A stretch of 51,461 nt of DNA from Candidatus Moanibacter sp. (lineage in GTDB: Bacteria; Verrucomicrobiota; Verrucomicrobiia; Opitutales; UBA2987): assembly GCA_965215885.1 (NCBI GenBank), contig CBDCEW010000044.1, forward strand, positions 1 to 51,461, in the 5' to 3' direction. Position 1 is the first letter of the stretch; the number at the start of each line of letters is the position of its first letter. Below are positions 19,746 to 30,000 of the stretch, in pieces. Position numbers and translations under genes: made by a program. Below the pieces are notes generated by a model. That model made no database searches. It worked only from the letters and a program-made list of their open reading frames with translations, and was not told where the DNA came from.

Positions 19746-20305
19746 GACAGAGACAAACGTCACGGAATTTCAGTTTTGAGGCGTTCAAGGTGAAATTTTG
19801 GTCAAGTCTGCCTGCTTGGATCGGTGCGTGTTTTCTGATAACCTCGAGTGGATGCTCACACTACCGACTCGGCTCCCCGGCGGAGCTTCCCTTCCACACG
19901 ATATTTGTCAGCGCCGTAGAAAATGAATCCCTGGCACCTCAGACGCAGGCATTGCTAACCGAAAATCTTATAGAGGCCTTTCTTCGTGACGGAACCCTTA
20001 AAGTCGTCTCCAGAAGTGAAGCAGAGGCAATTCTAAAAGTCACACTGATCGACTATGCCAGGAAACTCTCCGCCACTCAGGAGAGCGATACTCTTCTAGG
20101 CCGGTCATTCGCCATGCAGTTGCGTGCGGAAGCTTCCCTTCTCAATAATCGCACACCTATCCCTTATTTCTCCAACCTTGAATTCTCCTTCTCTGAATAC
20201 GCCTTTATCGATGACGGTCTGCCACAGGCCGAATACAATTCCATGCCTTTACTCGCTCGAGGACTCGCCAAACGGATTAAGGACTACGTCGTTAGCGCCT
20301 GGTAA
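19742..20305 (+). CDS. lptE: LptE-family lipoprotein
   Basis: SGCSHYRLG lipobox-like, TIFVSAVENES, EADAIL-like segment, C-terminal W. Start uncertain. Confidence 0.72.
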   Translation: MRQRQTSRNFSFEAFKVKFWSSLPAWIGACFLITSSGCSHYRLGSPAELPFHTIFVSAVENESLAPQTQALLTENLIEAFLRDGTLKVVSRSEAEAILKVTLIDYARKLSATQESDTLLGRSFAMQLRAEASLLNNRTPIPYFSNLEFSFSEYAFIDDGLPQAEYNSMPLLARGLAKRIKDYVVSAW

Positions 20306-20334
20306 AGACCAACCGACAATATCAATAAGTCCGG

Positions 20335-21006
20335 ATGTCTGACACTTACAGAAACAATAAGATTATCCTGGCTCCCTCAATACTCGCAGGTAATCATTCG
20401 AATCTCGAAAAAAGCGCTTCTACCATCGAGGAGGCAGCAGTGCCTTGGGTCCATCTGGATATTATGGATGGGCATTTCGTCCCGAATCTTACTTTCGGTC
20501 CTCAAACCTTGGCGGACCTGCGCAAAAACTGCAGCCTCTTCTTTGATACGCATCTCATGCTCGATGAACCGCACCGTTATATCGATGCCTTTGTCGAAGC
20601 CGGCGCCGATTCGATCAGTATACACCTGGAACCGGACTATCCGGTCACAGAAACACTCGGCAGGATACGCCACCTGGGCTGTAGTAACGGTGTCGTTCTA
20701 AACCCGGATACTCCCGCCGACGAGGCATTACCTTTTCTCGAAATCGTCGATCTCGTTCTCGTGATGACCGTTCAACCCGGCTTCGGCGGACAGAGTTTTC
20801 GCTACGATGTCTTGGAGAAGATTGAAACCATCGACCGTTGGAGGCAGGAAAAAGCTCTCCTCTTCCGAATCGAAGCTGATGGGGGCATAAATCTGGAAAC
20901 TGCCAGACTCTGCCGCGATCGAGGGTGTGACACCTTCGTCGCGGGCACGGCATTTTTTCAGGCGGACAATCCAGGTGATTTCGCCGCCAGTTTGATAAGC
21001 CTGTAA
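20335..21006 (+). CDS. rpe: Ribulose-phosphate 3-epimerase
   Basis: APSIL, HLDIMDGHFVPNLTFG, MTVQPGFGGQ, DGGI. Confidence 0.96.
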   Translation: MSDTYRNNKIILAPSILAGNHSNLEKSASTIEEAAVPWVHLDIMDGHFVPNLTFGPQTLADLRKNCSLFFDTHLMLDEPHRYIDAFVEAGADSISIHLEPDYPVTETLGRIRHLGCSNGVVLNPDTPADEALPFLEIVDLVLVMTVQPGFGGQSFRYDVLEKIETIDRWRQEKALLFRIEADGGINLETARLCRDRGCDTFVAGTAFFQADNPGDFAASLISL

Positions 21007-21144
21007 ATTTGGGCAACACGCCCGTTGTATGTGTTCAGCGTCCCTTTGATTGCTGGCTGCCCCGGTCTTGTGCCGGGGTGGGGGAGCGGTAGAAGAGACA
21101 CCCAGTGTGTGGCAAGAAACCGTGTGCCACCCCGGCACAAGACC

Positions 21145-22518
21145 CATAAGCGCTAACTTGTTTGCTGACCTGGGAATCTGACCTCTAACTGTGGTCGGCG
21201 TTGCCGTGGAGACTCTGCTAAGCCTTGAGCTATATCGTTCCAATTTTCTATCACTTGTCGCAAAGGCACAGCGGGATCGACGGCCCGCTGGAGTTGATGG
21301 AAGACGAAGGCAAACTCACGCCATCGACTCTGCTGTTTTTTCCGGCTCCAGGACATATCCCAAGGGGGAAATAGAGATCGCACTTTGAATGATCTTCTCG
21401 GTGATCAGGGCCGCGAAGAGCTTGCCATAGAGCCACGCCTTGGCGCTTTCATCGTCATACTTAGGCAGATGTCCTAACTGTGCGATCTGTTTGAATCGTT
21501 TGAAGACCAGTTCCACCTGCCAGCGGATACGATACCATTCGAGCACCTCCAGTGCGGAAAAGAGCGATTCAGGAAAAGTCGTCAGCACCATGACGTATTC
21601 GGCGTAATAGAGCGTTTCGGGCATCAGCTTCTCGCCCCGCCTGCTGGCGATTCGCCGCAATCTCTTGTGGGCCATGGCGATCGCTTGCTCGCTTTTGCGG
21701 ATGGCACACACCCGCGCTGGCAACGGGGGCTGATCCGATGCGGGCACCATGACTGGCCAAGCGCCCACCTTGCCACCGGCCCCGATCTGCTCCAGGCAGG
21801 CGGTCAGGTTCAGAACCTCTCCCCGAGGATCGAGCAGCCGTATGTTGTGCGGTGCCAGCCGTATACTTACAAAAGCCCCTTGGGAGGCTGCATATTGAAG
21901 CCCGGAAGCCTGGCAGTATCCCCGAGCGGCGATCACGTAGTCACCTGCTGCCAGCGGAAACTGTCTAAGCGACTCGCCGGTGCCTTCACCTTGCGCTGGC
22001 GTAAGTTTGAAAAAATCGCACGCCATCGAAGGAACTCGCAAGCTATAGTGCACACGCCACAAGCTGCCCGTCTTCCCGGGTTCCTTCACCATCGTCGCAT
22101 CGATCAGACGAAACTCCCGTTGCCCCACCACCCCCAAATCCAGGCCACGCTCGCGAAACAATGCCACGCACAGCGAATAAAGCCAGTCCTTGCACTTGCG
22201 GAGCCGCTTCAGCAACGCTACGTCTGACAGTTCCGCCAACTGCGCCTGGCGCGCACGCACCACGGTTTCGCGCAGCGAATACCCACATGCCAGGTGCACC
22301 ATCAGAATCCTCAGCAACTTCCCAGGTGCCTTGTCCCGGCGCAATCCCTTCAACGCGTTGGTCTTCTTAGCCAATTCTTTCCATTGCGGCGGGAAAAAAG
22401 ACATCAGCACGCTCCAGTCTTCATCCATCATGGTCGACCTCCCTTCAATTCTGCTAACCTGTTGCGGAAGTCCACAGCAGGAAATGCACTATGTCAAGCA
22501 AACAAGTTAGCGCTTATG
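21145..22518 (-). mobile_element. IS186-like IS4-family element
   Basis: Perfect 21-bp TIR CATAAGCGCTAACTTGTTTGC. 11-bp target duplication GGCACAAGACC at 21134-21144 and 22519-22529. Confidence 0.93.
21316..22431 (-). CDS. IS4-family (IS186-like) transposase, second catalytic Asp apparently replaced
   Basis: LSDVALLKRLR (as recalled for IS186), LIDAT, YRIRWQVELVFK. IAARGY stands where IADRGY is expected. Confidence 0.88.
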   Translation of the reverse strand: MMDEDWSVLMSFFPPQWKELAKKTNALKGLRRDKAPGKLLRILMVHLACGYSLRETVVRARQAQLAELSDVALLKRLRKCKDWLYSLCVALFRERGLDLGVVGQREFRLIDATMVKEPGKTGSLWRVHYSLRVPSMACDFFKLTPAQGEGTGESLRQFPLAAGDYVIAARGYCQASGLQYAASQGAFVSIRLAPHNIRLLDPRGEVLNLTACLEQIGAGGKVGAWPVMVPASDQPPLPARVCAIRKSEQAIAMAHKRLRRIASRRGEKLMPETLYYAEYVMVLTTFPESLFSALEVLEWYRIRWQVELVFKRFKQIAQLGHLPKYDDESAKAWLYGKLFAALITEKIIQSAISISPLGYVLEPEKTAESMA

Positions 22519-22759
22519 GGCACAAGACCGGGGCAGCCTCAAATAGCGCCAAACACGTATCGACCCTAAGTCCGACAGATTCCTAAACCGAAGTTTACGA
22601 TTAAGGGAAAAACAATTTGCGTCGAACCACTAATAGATACAATAGTAACGCCGTAACGCGCTCTCGAATCGTATCCTGAGAAGAGGTAAATCTGCTGCCG
22701 GCAGACGTCCAGTTCAGGGTTACACCTCATGCGGGGGATACTGTATTACTTGTGGGGAT

Positions 22760-24735
22760 ATGGATCAGGAACAATTATTGACGACCGCTCGACTTTCTCT
22801 ATCGGACGATATCCAAAAGAGAGAGACGAAAGAGAGGTTTCTCATCCTGAAGAATCTCCTCAATAAGACTTACCTCATTGTCGATCGTAAACAGTGGCGC
22901 ATACTCCTTCGCTTCAAGGATGGGATATCCGTGTCAGAAATGCTCCCGACACTGATTCGCGATCACGAATGCCCTTCTCTGCGCAGTCTCTATGAGCTCT
23001 TACTGAAAGCGATAAGAGCTCACATTCTGATTCCTGAGGGTGATGAATCAACCAGAATGAAAGCGGTCGATTGGAAAATGCGGATCAGCTACGAATTTGC
23101 GCAGATGCTCGGCATTGGATCCATCCTTTTGGGGTTTTTAGCGTCATTATTAAATTGGATGGTATTCAGATACCTTCCAATTTCTGGGAATTTGTCGCTG
23201 GTATTCTCATCACGAGCCTTGGACTCAGCCTCGGATACGCTCTCGCGGCCAGCGTGTTGCGCGGGCTTGATTGCGAGGTCTACCGACCCCATTTCCGCTG
23301 GAATACGGTATTTCCACATTTTCGCGTCGACACGGAAGATGCGCGGATGGGTGGTCGCCGCTGTGAAATAGGCGTCGCTTTAATGCGCGCAGCTCCCTTG
23401 TTTTTTCTCACCGGTATCCTCACCTTCGGTTTCCCGAATTTCGAATATGTGTTGCTCCTCGGCCTCTTTTACATCAGTGACCCGTTTTTCAAAAGTCCAG
23501 TGGTCGCGCTCCTTGCTGCGCAATATCGGGAGATCCGACTCTCCACATTGGAGGATTTCCTCTTTGTCCAGAACAAGCTCCTTTGGACGATTCTGAATGC
23601 CAAGTCGAAATTCGCGGACAGGAAATACCTGCTCATTTACGGATTTTATACCCTTGGATGGCTCTTCGTCATATTCTATTCGAATATCTTAATCTTCCAC
23701 CTCAACGCTGTTTCTCTCGTTTCAGAACTGATATATTCCACCGGATTCAGGATTACCAGCCTGGTGCTCCTGATCATCATCTCCGGGTTGATCATTGTCT
23801 CCGGTTTCGTCTGCCTCTGGATCGTAATGAAGAACGTCGCGCGCCTCATTCATACGGCCTATCTACGTAAGAAATCTACTTTTAAGGGAACCGAACTCTC
23901 CAATATAACTTCGGAAGAAACTATTGAGATACTCTCCAAGTCGCACCTCTTTAAAGACTGCGAACATGAACTCCTTCTAAAGATCGCGCAGACAGCCACC
24001 ACTTCAACAGTAACTCCCCGCACCTACATTATCGAAGAAGGAGAAACCGGTGATTCCCTCTTCGCAATTCTTTCCGGGAAGGTGGAAGTCATCAAGGAAC
24101 TCGCCTCCGGCCGCACCGAGAAAATCGCGGAACTTACGGAAGGTGACGTATTTGGAGAGATTGCATTGCTCCAAAACGTCCCGCGAACCCGTTCCGTTAG
24201 GGCAGTCTCAAACACCACCCTGCTGACGTTGTCGCGCGAAGATTTCGAGTCCTTTGTGGTGCCAACTCTCGGAGCAGAAAAGATCAAGGAGGTAATTCAA
24301 AAATATGCCTTTTTGGCACGCATCCCGCTCTGCCAAAATTGGCACCCCCAGGCCCTCCAACGGTTTGCCGCACTATCCGCTATTCAAGCATCGTCACTCA
24401 ATGAGTACGTTGTTCGCTCCGGATACAGCAACCAGTTCCTTCATATCGTCTACGAAGGCTCTTTTAAAGTGGTCAAAGATGGAAAGGAAATCGCCAAACT
24501 GGAAATCGGTGACATTTTCGGTGAAATCAGTCTATTGCAGAACACCGTATCCGTAGCTGATGTCATCTCAGCGGAAGAAAGCAGGTCGCTAAGCATACAT
24601 AAGGAGAATTTTCTCCGCTTTATCGGGCACGACTTTTTCGTCGGGCTCCAGTTTGAACGAATCAGCTCAGAGCGCCTGAAACATCCCATATTCCCGGTTC
24701 AGGAACGCCTTTTTGAATCGGTCTCCGCACACTAG
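22760..24735 (+). CDS. Membrane protein with two cyclic-nucleotide-binding domains (one frameshift near 23127-23139)
   Basis: ORFs 22760-23371 and 23071-24735 join at TTTTGGGGTTTTT. Multiple TM segments; cNMP motifs FGEIALL..PRTRSV and FGEISLL. Confidence 0.8.
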
Positions 24736-24913
24736 CCCGCATGTTTCACACACTTCGCAGCGAGACTGCCGAGGTTGCGGCGGATCAAGGGCTTACCAAA
24801 GTCCGGCGGGTGACGGCGTGTTGAAACACGTGGAAGTGGGCGGACGAGGGAAGTCCTTGAGGCGCCGTGAGATCCGCAGTCGGAGCAGATGGATTGTGAA
24901 ATTTGCGGGCTAG
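24732..24913. mobile_element. MITE-like family C element (~180 bp)
   Basis: CTAGCCCGCATGTTTCACA ... TGTGAAATTTGCGGGCTAG, CTAG at both ends, internally palindromic. Homologues at 29828-29983 and 41057-41101. Confidence 0.75.
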
Positions 24914-25689
24914 AACTGCACGACCAGTTCGATGCTTTCACACACTCCCGATTCCGGATCAATCCGAATCAGCGCTCCCGAAAGTCGCGCGTCCCTTTCC
25001 GCCACTGGAAACTTTCTTGGCATGCCATCGACAAATCGCGCCACTACCGGTTGCACTTCACGACCGAGAACAGAATGGTAAGGACCGGTCATACCTGCAT
25101 CGGTCAGGTATCCCGTTCCTCGCGGTAAGACGATAGCATCTGCCGTTGGTATGTGGGTGTGTGTGCCCACGACAGCTGTTACCCGACCGTCAAGATACCA
25201 TCCGAACGCGATCTTCTCGGAGGTGGCTTCGGCATGGATTTCGGCGATTACAGTGTCGGTTTCGTCGTTCAATTCTTCGAGAAGCCGATCGGCCGTGGCA
25301 AAAGGACAGTCACTAAGCGACATCATAAACCGTCGACCAAGGACAGTAAACAGACCAATTCGAAACCCCTCTTTCTCAAGCATCAGAGCGCGCCGTCCTG
25401 GACAGTTAGTGGAGAGATTGGCGGGACGACAGACGTTTTCGAGATCGTCGATCTCCTTTTCAAACCCTCGTTGATCCCATACGTGATCACCCAGCGTTAG
25501 GGCATCGATACCGTCGGCTGTGAGTTCCTTGGCTATCTTGGAAGTTAAACCGGCTCCTCCCGCCGCGTTCTCCGCATTTGCGATCACACAATCCAGCTCC
25601 ATTTCCTCTCGAATTACGGCCAGTCGATCATGTATGATATCTCTCCCCGGTTTTCCGACGATGTCTCCAATAAATAGAACATTAATCAT
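24910..25689 (-). CDS. ymdB: YmdB-family metallophosphoesterase
   Basis: [36 protein letters not shown]. Confidence 0.92.
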   Translation of the reverse strand: MINVLFIGDIVGKPGRDIIHDRLAVIREEMELDCVIANAENAAGGAGLTSKIAKELTADGIDALTLGDHVWDQRGFEKEIDDLENVCRPANLSTNCPGRRALMLEKEGFRIGLFTVLGRRFMMSLSDCPFATADRLLEELNDETDTVIAEIHAEATSEKIAFGWYLDGRVTAVVGTHTHIPTADAIVLPRGTGYLTDAGMTGPYHSVLGREVQPVVARFVDGMPRKFPVAERDARLSGALIRIDPESGVCESIELVVQF

Positions 25690-25752
25690 GGTGCACGGAA
25701 TTTAGAAATTAAGAGTGGACAATCCCATCAAAATCGGTGAATTTCATAGATA

Positions 25753-25860
25753 ATGTATTCGGCGCCAAAAGTAAATCTCACATCCGATTACCCCGTGAGC
25801 TTTTCCCTTGATGCGGTCATTACGAGCGTCGTAGATACTGTAGTTGTATCAGTATCCTGA
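25753..25860 (+). promoter_or_regulatory. Candidate Val-rich leader peptide of ilvB
   Basis: MYSAPKVNLTSDYPVSFSLDAVITSVVDTVVVSVS* (9 Val of 35 codons), followed by hairpins at 25865-25907 and 25954-25981. Confidence 0.45.
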
Positions 25861-26023
25861 TTTTCGCAGTCGGTCAAGTTAACCGCAATTGTTCTCCACC
25901 GGCTGCGTTTCCATCACAGAAATGGGAATCGTTTTATGCGTACCAATGAAAACTTCCAGTCCAAGCATGCCGGGACTGGAAATTAGCAAGTTAAACTGAA
26001 AATTACTCGAAATCGTAAATACG

Positions 26024-27817
26024 ATGAAAACGGAAAATGTAGTCTCCTTCCCCCAGGAAGAAATTGGCCCTGAAATGAAGGGTGCCGATATTCTTGTCGC
26101 GGCACTCGTGCGGGAAGGCGTAGAGGTTGTATTCGCCTACCCGGGTGGGGCCTCTATGGAACTGCATCAGGCTCTCGTGAAAGGCGAAGAAGATGTGCGT
26201 ACCATCCTTCCTCGCTTTGAACAGGGAGGTGGTTTCATGGCCCACGGCTACGCCCGTGCCACAGGCCGAGCCGGTGTCTTCATGGCTACCAGCGGACCGG
26301 GAGCCACCAACATGATGACCCCAATCACGGATGCGTATGTGGATAGCATTCCGCTCGTTGCAATAACTGGGCAAGTTCATCAGTGGAATATCGGCAAGGC
26401 GGCCTTCCAGGAAACCGACTTTTTCGGTATGACTCTGCCTGTAGTAAAGCACAGCTATCTCGTTCTCGACGCCGCCCACATCCCTCGCGTCGTCAAACAC
26501 GCATTCCATATCGCCACTTCGGGAAGACCCGGCCCGGTCGTCATCGATATACCGAAAGATGTCCAACAGACGCGATGCGAGCCGGTCTTTCCAGTCGATA
26601 TTCAATTGCCGGGCTATGAAGAGGCCCCACAAGCCTCTGATGAGGATCTCAGCACGGTGCTCGATCTGATTGAGGGGTCGAAGAAACCGGTGCTCTACAC
26701 CGGCGGCGGTATCGTATCAAGTAACGCACACGAGGAATTACTCGCCTTTGCTGAGATCACCGGAATTCCGGTCGCCACGACTTTAATGGGTCTGGGCAGC
26801 TTCCCGGAGTCTCATCCTCAATCTCTGCGGTGGTTCGGCATGCACGGTACCGTTACGGGTAATTGGGCCGTCTGCGAAAGCGATCTGCTTATTGTCGCAG
26901 GCGCGAGGTTTGATGATCGCATTACAGGTGCGCCGGTGAGCAAATTCGCTCCGGATGCGACGATTGTTCACATTGATATAGACAAAAGTGAGCACCAGAA
27001 GAATAAGGTGGTTCAGCATCCTATCCACTCAGATATAAAATATGCGCTGGGCCGATCAGGTGAACTGGCCGGGAAAAGGAAGTTTAAGAAACCGGACCTC
27101 TCCCAATGGTATACCCAAATCGCAGAATGGGAGGAGACCTACCCTTTTGCTTACGATCAGGAGGAGAGATATATTCTCGGTCAGGAAGCCATAGAGATCC
27201 TCTACGAGGAAACCGCAGGTGAGGCCATTATCACAACCGGAGTCGGCCAGCATCAGATGTGGGCCGCCCAGTTTTACAAGTTTCATCAGTCCCGGAGCTA
27301 TCTGAGTTCTCTCGGTCTAGGTGCAATGGGTTTCGGTCTTCCCGCAGCGATAGGCGCAAAAGTTGCCCATCCCGATAGAACAGTAATTGATGTCGATGGT
27401 GATGGCTCATTCCTCATGAATGTACAGGAACTCGCCACCGCAGTAATCGAAAAGGTACCTGTCAAGATTCTCCTCCTCAACAATCAGCACCTCGGAATGG
27501 TTGTGCAGTGGGAGGATCTCCTCTACGAAAGCGTGAGGGGCCAGACAATCCTCGGTGATCCTAACAATATCGGCACACCTCAAAATCCCAGTGGACTCTA
27601 TCCGGATTTTGTGAAAATGGCGGAGAGTTTCGACTGCAAGGCCAGACAAGTGATACTGAAAAAGGACCTGCGGGATGGAATTGTGGAAATGCTGGAGCAC
27701 GATGGCCCCTATCTTCTCGATGTCGTCATTCCGTATACGGAACACGTCCTGCCTATGATACAGCAGGGGAAATCAGCCAAGGAAATCCTCATCCGCTCGC
27801 CCCGTAATAACGGTTAG
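26024..27817 (+). CDS. ilvB: Acetolactate synthase large subunit
   Basis: [43 protein letters not shown]. Confidence 0.95.
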   Translation: MKTENVVSFPQEEIGPEMKGADILVAALVREGVEVVFAYPGGASMELHQALVKGEEDVRTILPRFEQGGGFMAHGYARATGRAGVFMATSGPGATNMMTPITDAYVDSIPLVAITGQVHQWNIGKAAFQETDFFGMTLPVVKHSYLVLDAAHIPRVVKHAFHIATSGRPGPVVIDIPKDVQQTRCEPVFPVDIQLPGYEEAPQASDEDLSTVLDLIEGSKKPVLYTGGGIVSSNAHEELLAFAEITGIPVATTLMGLGSFPESHPQSLRWFGMHGTVTGNWAVCESDLLIVAGARFDDRITGAPVSKFAPDATIVHIDIDKSEHQKNKVVQHPIHSDIKYALGRSGELAGKRKFKKPDLSQWYTQIAEWEETYPFAYDQEERYILGQEAIEILYEETAGEAIITTGVGQHQMWAAQFYKFHQSRSYLSSLGLGAMGFGLPAAIGAKVAHPDRTVIDVDGDGSFLMNVQELATAVIEKVPVKILLLNNQHLGMVVQWEDLLYESVRGQTILGDPNNIGTPQNPSGLYPDFVKMAESFDCKARQVILKKDLRDGIVEMLEHDGPYLLDVVIPYTEHVLPMIQQGKSAKEILIRSPRNNG

Positions 27818-27922
27818 GGGTCCATCGTTAATGATCGGTAGGTGCGCAGCGTCTTGACTCGCCATACCCCATCGGGCGACGGCGGTTGCAGTGGGGGCAG
27901 TTGAGGATTCGAGCTACACCAA

Positions 27923-29830
27923 ATGACATTGAACATCAACGAATCCCCCGGGCTTGCCCCGGGGATCGTTAGGTTTCTATGCTGTTTTGCCGTGCTTATT
28001 TTAGCGCTATGCTGCCTCTGGCCCTCACACCTGGCGGGATCCATTGAGCGGGAAGAGCTGGATTCGTTTCTGCACCAGTGGATGAGTCGGAAAATGGATG
28101 CCTATCATGTTCCCGGAGTAATAGTCGTGGTCGTCAAGAACGGAGAACCTTTCTACGCGAGAGGCTTCGGTTTGGCCGACATTGAAGATAAGAAGCCGAT
28201 GGATCCAGTCCAAACCGTAATGAGAGTTGGATCCATTTCCAAGCTCATTACCGCCACCGCCGCCCTCAAGCTTCATGAAGAGGGAAAGCTCGACATCTAC
28301 TCGGACATGCGGATGTTGATTGACCCGGAGATTCTGGAGGATTACAGGCTGCCCATCAATTTACACCAGCTCCTTACTCACAGCGGGGGAATCGGTGATA
28401 AATTTGTCGGACAAACCGTGGGTGACCCTGAGGCGCTTCTGCCTTTGAAGGAGTATCTTAAGGAGGAGATTGCGCCCCCCCTGGCCCCGCCCGGGTTCGT
28501 TATCAATTATTCCAACCACGGTATTTCTCTCGCGGCGCTCGCTGTAGAAGAGGCCTCCGGACAGAAATTCGCGAATTACGTCGAAGATGAGATTCTCAGT
28601 CCGTTAGGTATGACCCGTAGCGGATTCATCCCGTCTCCCGAAGAGATCGCGGCCATGTCGACTGGATACAAATTCGTGTTTGGCGGGTTTCGCGAGCTTT
28701 CCTTGCGTCACTGGCGCTCCTACCCCGCCGCATCCTTTGTTGCAACCGGTGAAGACATAGCAAAGTTCATGATCGCTCACCTCGCAAAAAGTTCCGTTGT
28801 CCTCGGTCATGAGGCGACCAAACTAATGCACCGGCGCCAGTTTACACTTCATCCGCGAATCCCTGGAATCGCCTACGTATTTTGGGAGAAACTTGAGAAT
28901 CAACGCCACATGCTGTGGCACTCCGGCCACATGCCCGGTCACAGAACCGCCTTATACCTCATTCCCGAAGAGCGCCTGGGTCTTTATATCTACAACAATT
29001 CAGAGCTGCGTCTTTTCGAATTATTCATGCCGGATTTTCTCGATCGATTTCTTCCCCCCACACCTCGACCCGACGGTCAGAGACTCCAATCATTCCAATC
29101 GAAAGACAATACCCACTATACCGGCACTTTCCGACATAACTGGTATCCCAGAACTACCTTCGGTAAGGCAGTCGCCTTCCTCGGTATACAAGGACAGGAG
29201 ATCCGCGTGCGGGCAGCGAAGAATGGAACGGATCTATTTCTGGATAGTGAACTTTACGAGCCCGCCGGACCCGGACTTTTCAGAAAGACCGGTGGCGATC
29301 AACTTACGGCCTTCTGGGAAGGGCACTATGGGGAGGTAGTCTTCCTCTATCAGGGCGGTTGGAATACCTTCCACCGGTTGGCATGGCATCATACTCAACG
29401 TTTTCACAGAGCGCTCCTTGCAGCAGTCTTGGCACTCTTTCTCCTCTCTTTTGCAATCTGGTCTGTTTCTACCAGGAATCGAAGGGAAGTGGGTTCTCAT
29501 TCACCTCTCCCGCCCACCGTTGGGGTTTCACACTTTTGCGCCGGCGCCATCAGCACTCTCTACCTGTTCACCGTCGGTGCCATACTATCGATGGTAGCCC
29601 TCGGGACATACAAAATGACCGAGGAGATCCGGTTTCCCCTCTTAGCAGTGCTGACTCTCCCCCTTATCGCTTCTCTCGCTAGCGGAGTACTTTTCGTGAC
29701 CCTGACGATGACGTGGAGGAATCCGGCGCTCAGTTTATTCGACAGAACTCACTATTATCTGCTGATAGCTAACGCCATCGTTGCGATGTGGTTTCTCGAT
29801 TACTGGAATCTCCTGGGCTACCGATTTTAG
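27923..29830 (+). CDS. Serine hydrolase (beta-lactamase/AmpC-like fold) with C-terminal TM helices
   Basis: GSISK (SxxK), LLTHSGG, YSN, HSG; signal-like N-terminus; about three C-terminal TM segments. Confidence 0.85.
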   Translation: MTLNINESPGLAPGIVRFLCCFAVLILALCCLWPSHLAGSIEREELDSFLHQWMSRKMDAYHVPGVIVVVVKNGEPFYARGFGLADIEDKKPMDPVQTVMRVGSISKLITATAALKLHEEGKLDIYSDMRMLIDPEILEDYRLPINLHQLLTHSGGIGDKFVGQTVGDPEALLPLKEYLKEEIAPPLAPPGFVINYSNHGISLAALAVEEASGQKFANYVEDEILSPLGMTRSGFIPSPEEIAAMSTGYKFVFGGFRELSLRHWRSYPAASFVATGEDIAKFMIAHLAKSSVVLGHEATKLMHRRQFTLHPRIPGIAYVFWEKLENQRHMLWHSGHMPGHRTALYLIPEERLGLYIYNNSELRLFELFMPDFLDRFLPPTPRPDGQRLQSFQSKDNTHYTGTFRHNWYPRTTFGKAVAFLGIQGQEIRVRAAKNGTDLFLDSELYEPAGPGLFRKTGGDQLTAFWEGHYGEVVFLYQGGWNTFHRLAWHHTQRFHRALLAAVLALFLLSFAIWSVSTRNRREVGSHSPLPPTVGVSHFCAGAISTLYLFTVGAILSMVALGTYKMTEEIRFPLLAVLTLPLIASLASGVLFVTLTMTWRNPALSLFDRTHYYLLIANAIVAMWFLDYWNLLGYRF

Positions 29831-30000
29831 CCCGGAAATCTCACACACTTCGTAGCGAGACTGCGTAGACTGCTGCGCATCAAAGCCTATCCGAAAAACG
29901 GCGCGCGACAGCGTGTTCGAACCCTCTGAGGTTGTCCCGACTGGCCGGGATCATAGTAAAAAGTATGATAAATGTCCGAGTTAAGTCCGACAGATTGCTA
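29828..30000. mobile_element. Family C element abutting a family B end
   Basis: TAGCCCGGAAATCTCACACACTTCG... is homologous to 24733 onward. Degenerate right end ...TGATAAATGTCCGAGTTA, then TAAGTCCGACAGATTGCTA. Confidence 0.65.

Larger units (their letters stand above)
21027..22560. repeat. MITE/REP family A element interrupted by an IS186-like insertion
   Basis: GATTGCTGGCTGCCCCGGTCTTGTGCCGGGGTGG ... CCACCCCGGCACAAGACC[IS]GGGGCAGCCTCA. Other copies at 35904-36146 and 42365-42445. Confidence 0.8.

Noticed and set aside
22683..22730. c-di-GMP-I riboswitch
   Set aside because: Only GGTAAA..GACG resembles it; the GNRA loop and GCAAAG are absent.
27923..29830. Beta-lactam resistance gene
   Set aside because: The SxxK fold with TM tail is a broad hydrolase family; there is no specific evidence for resistance.
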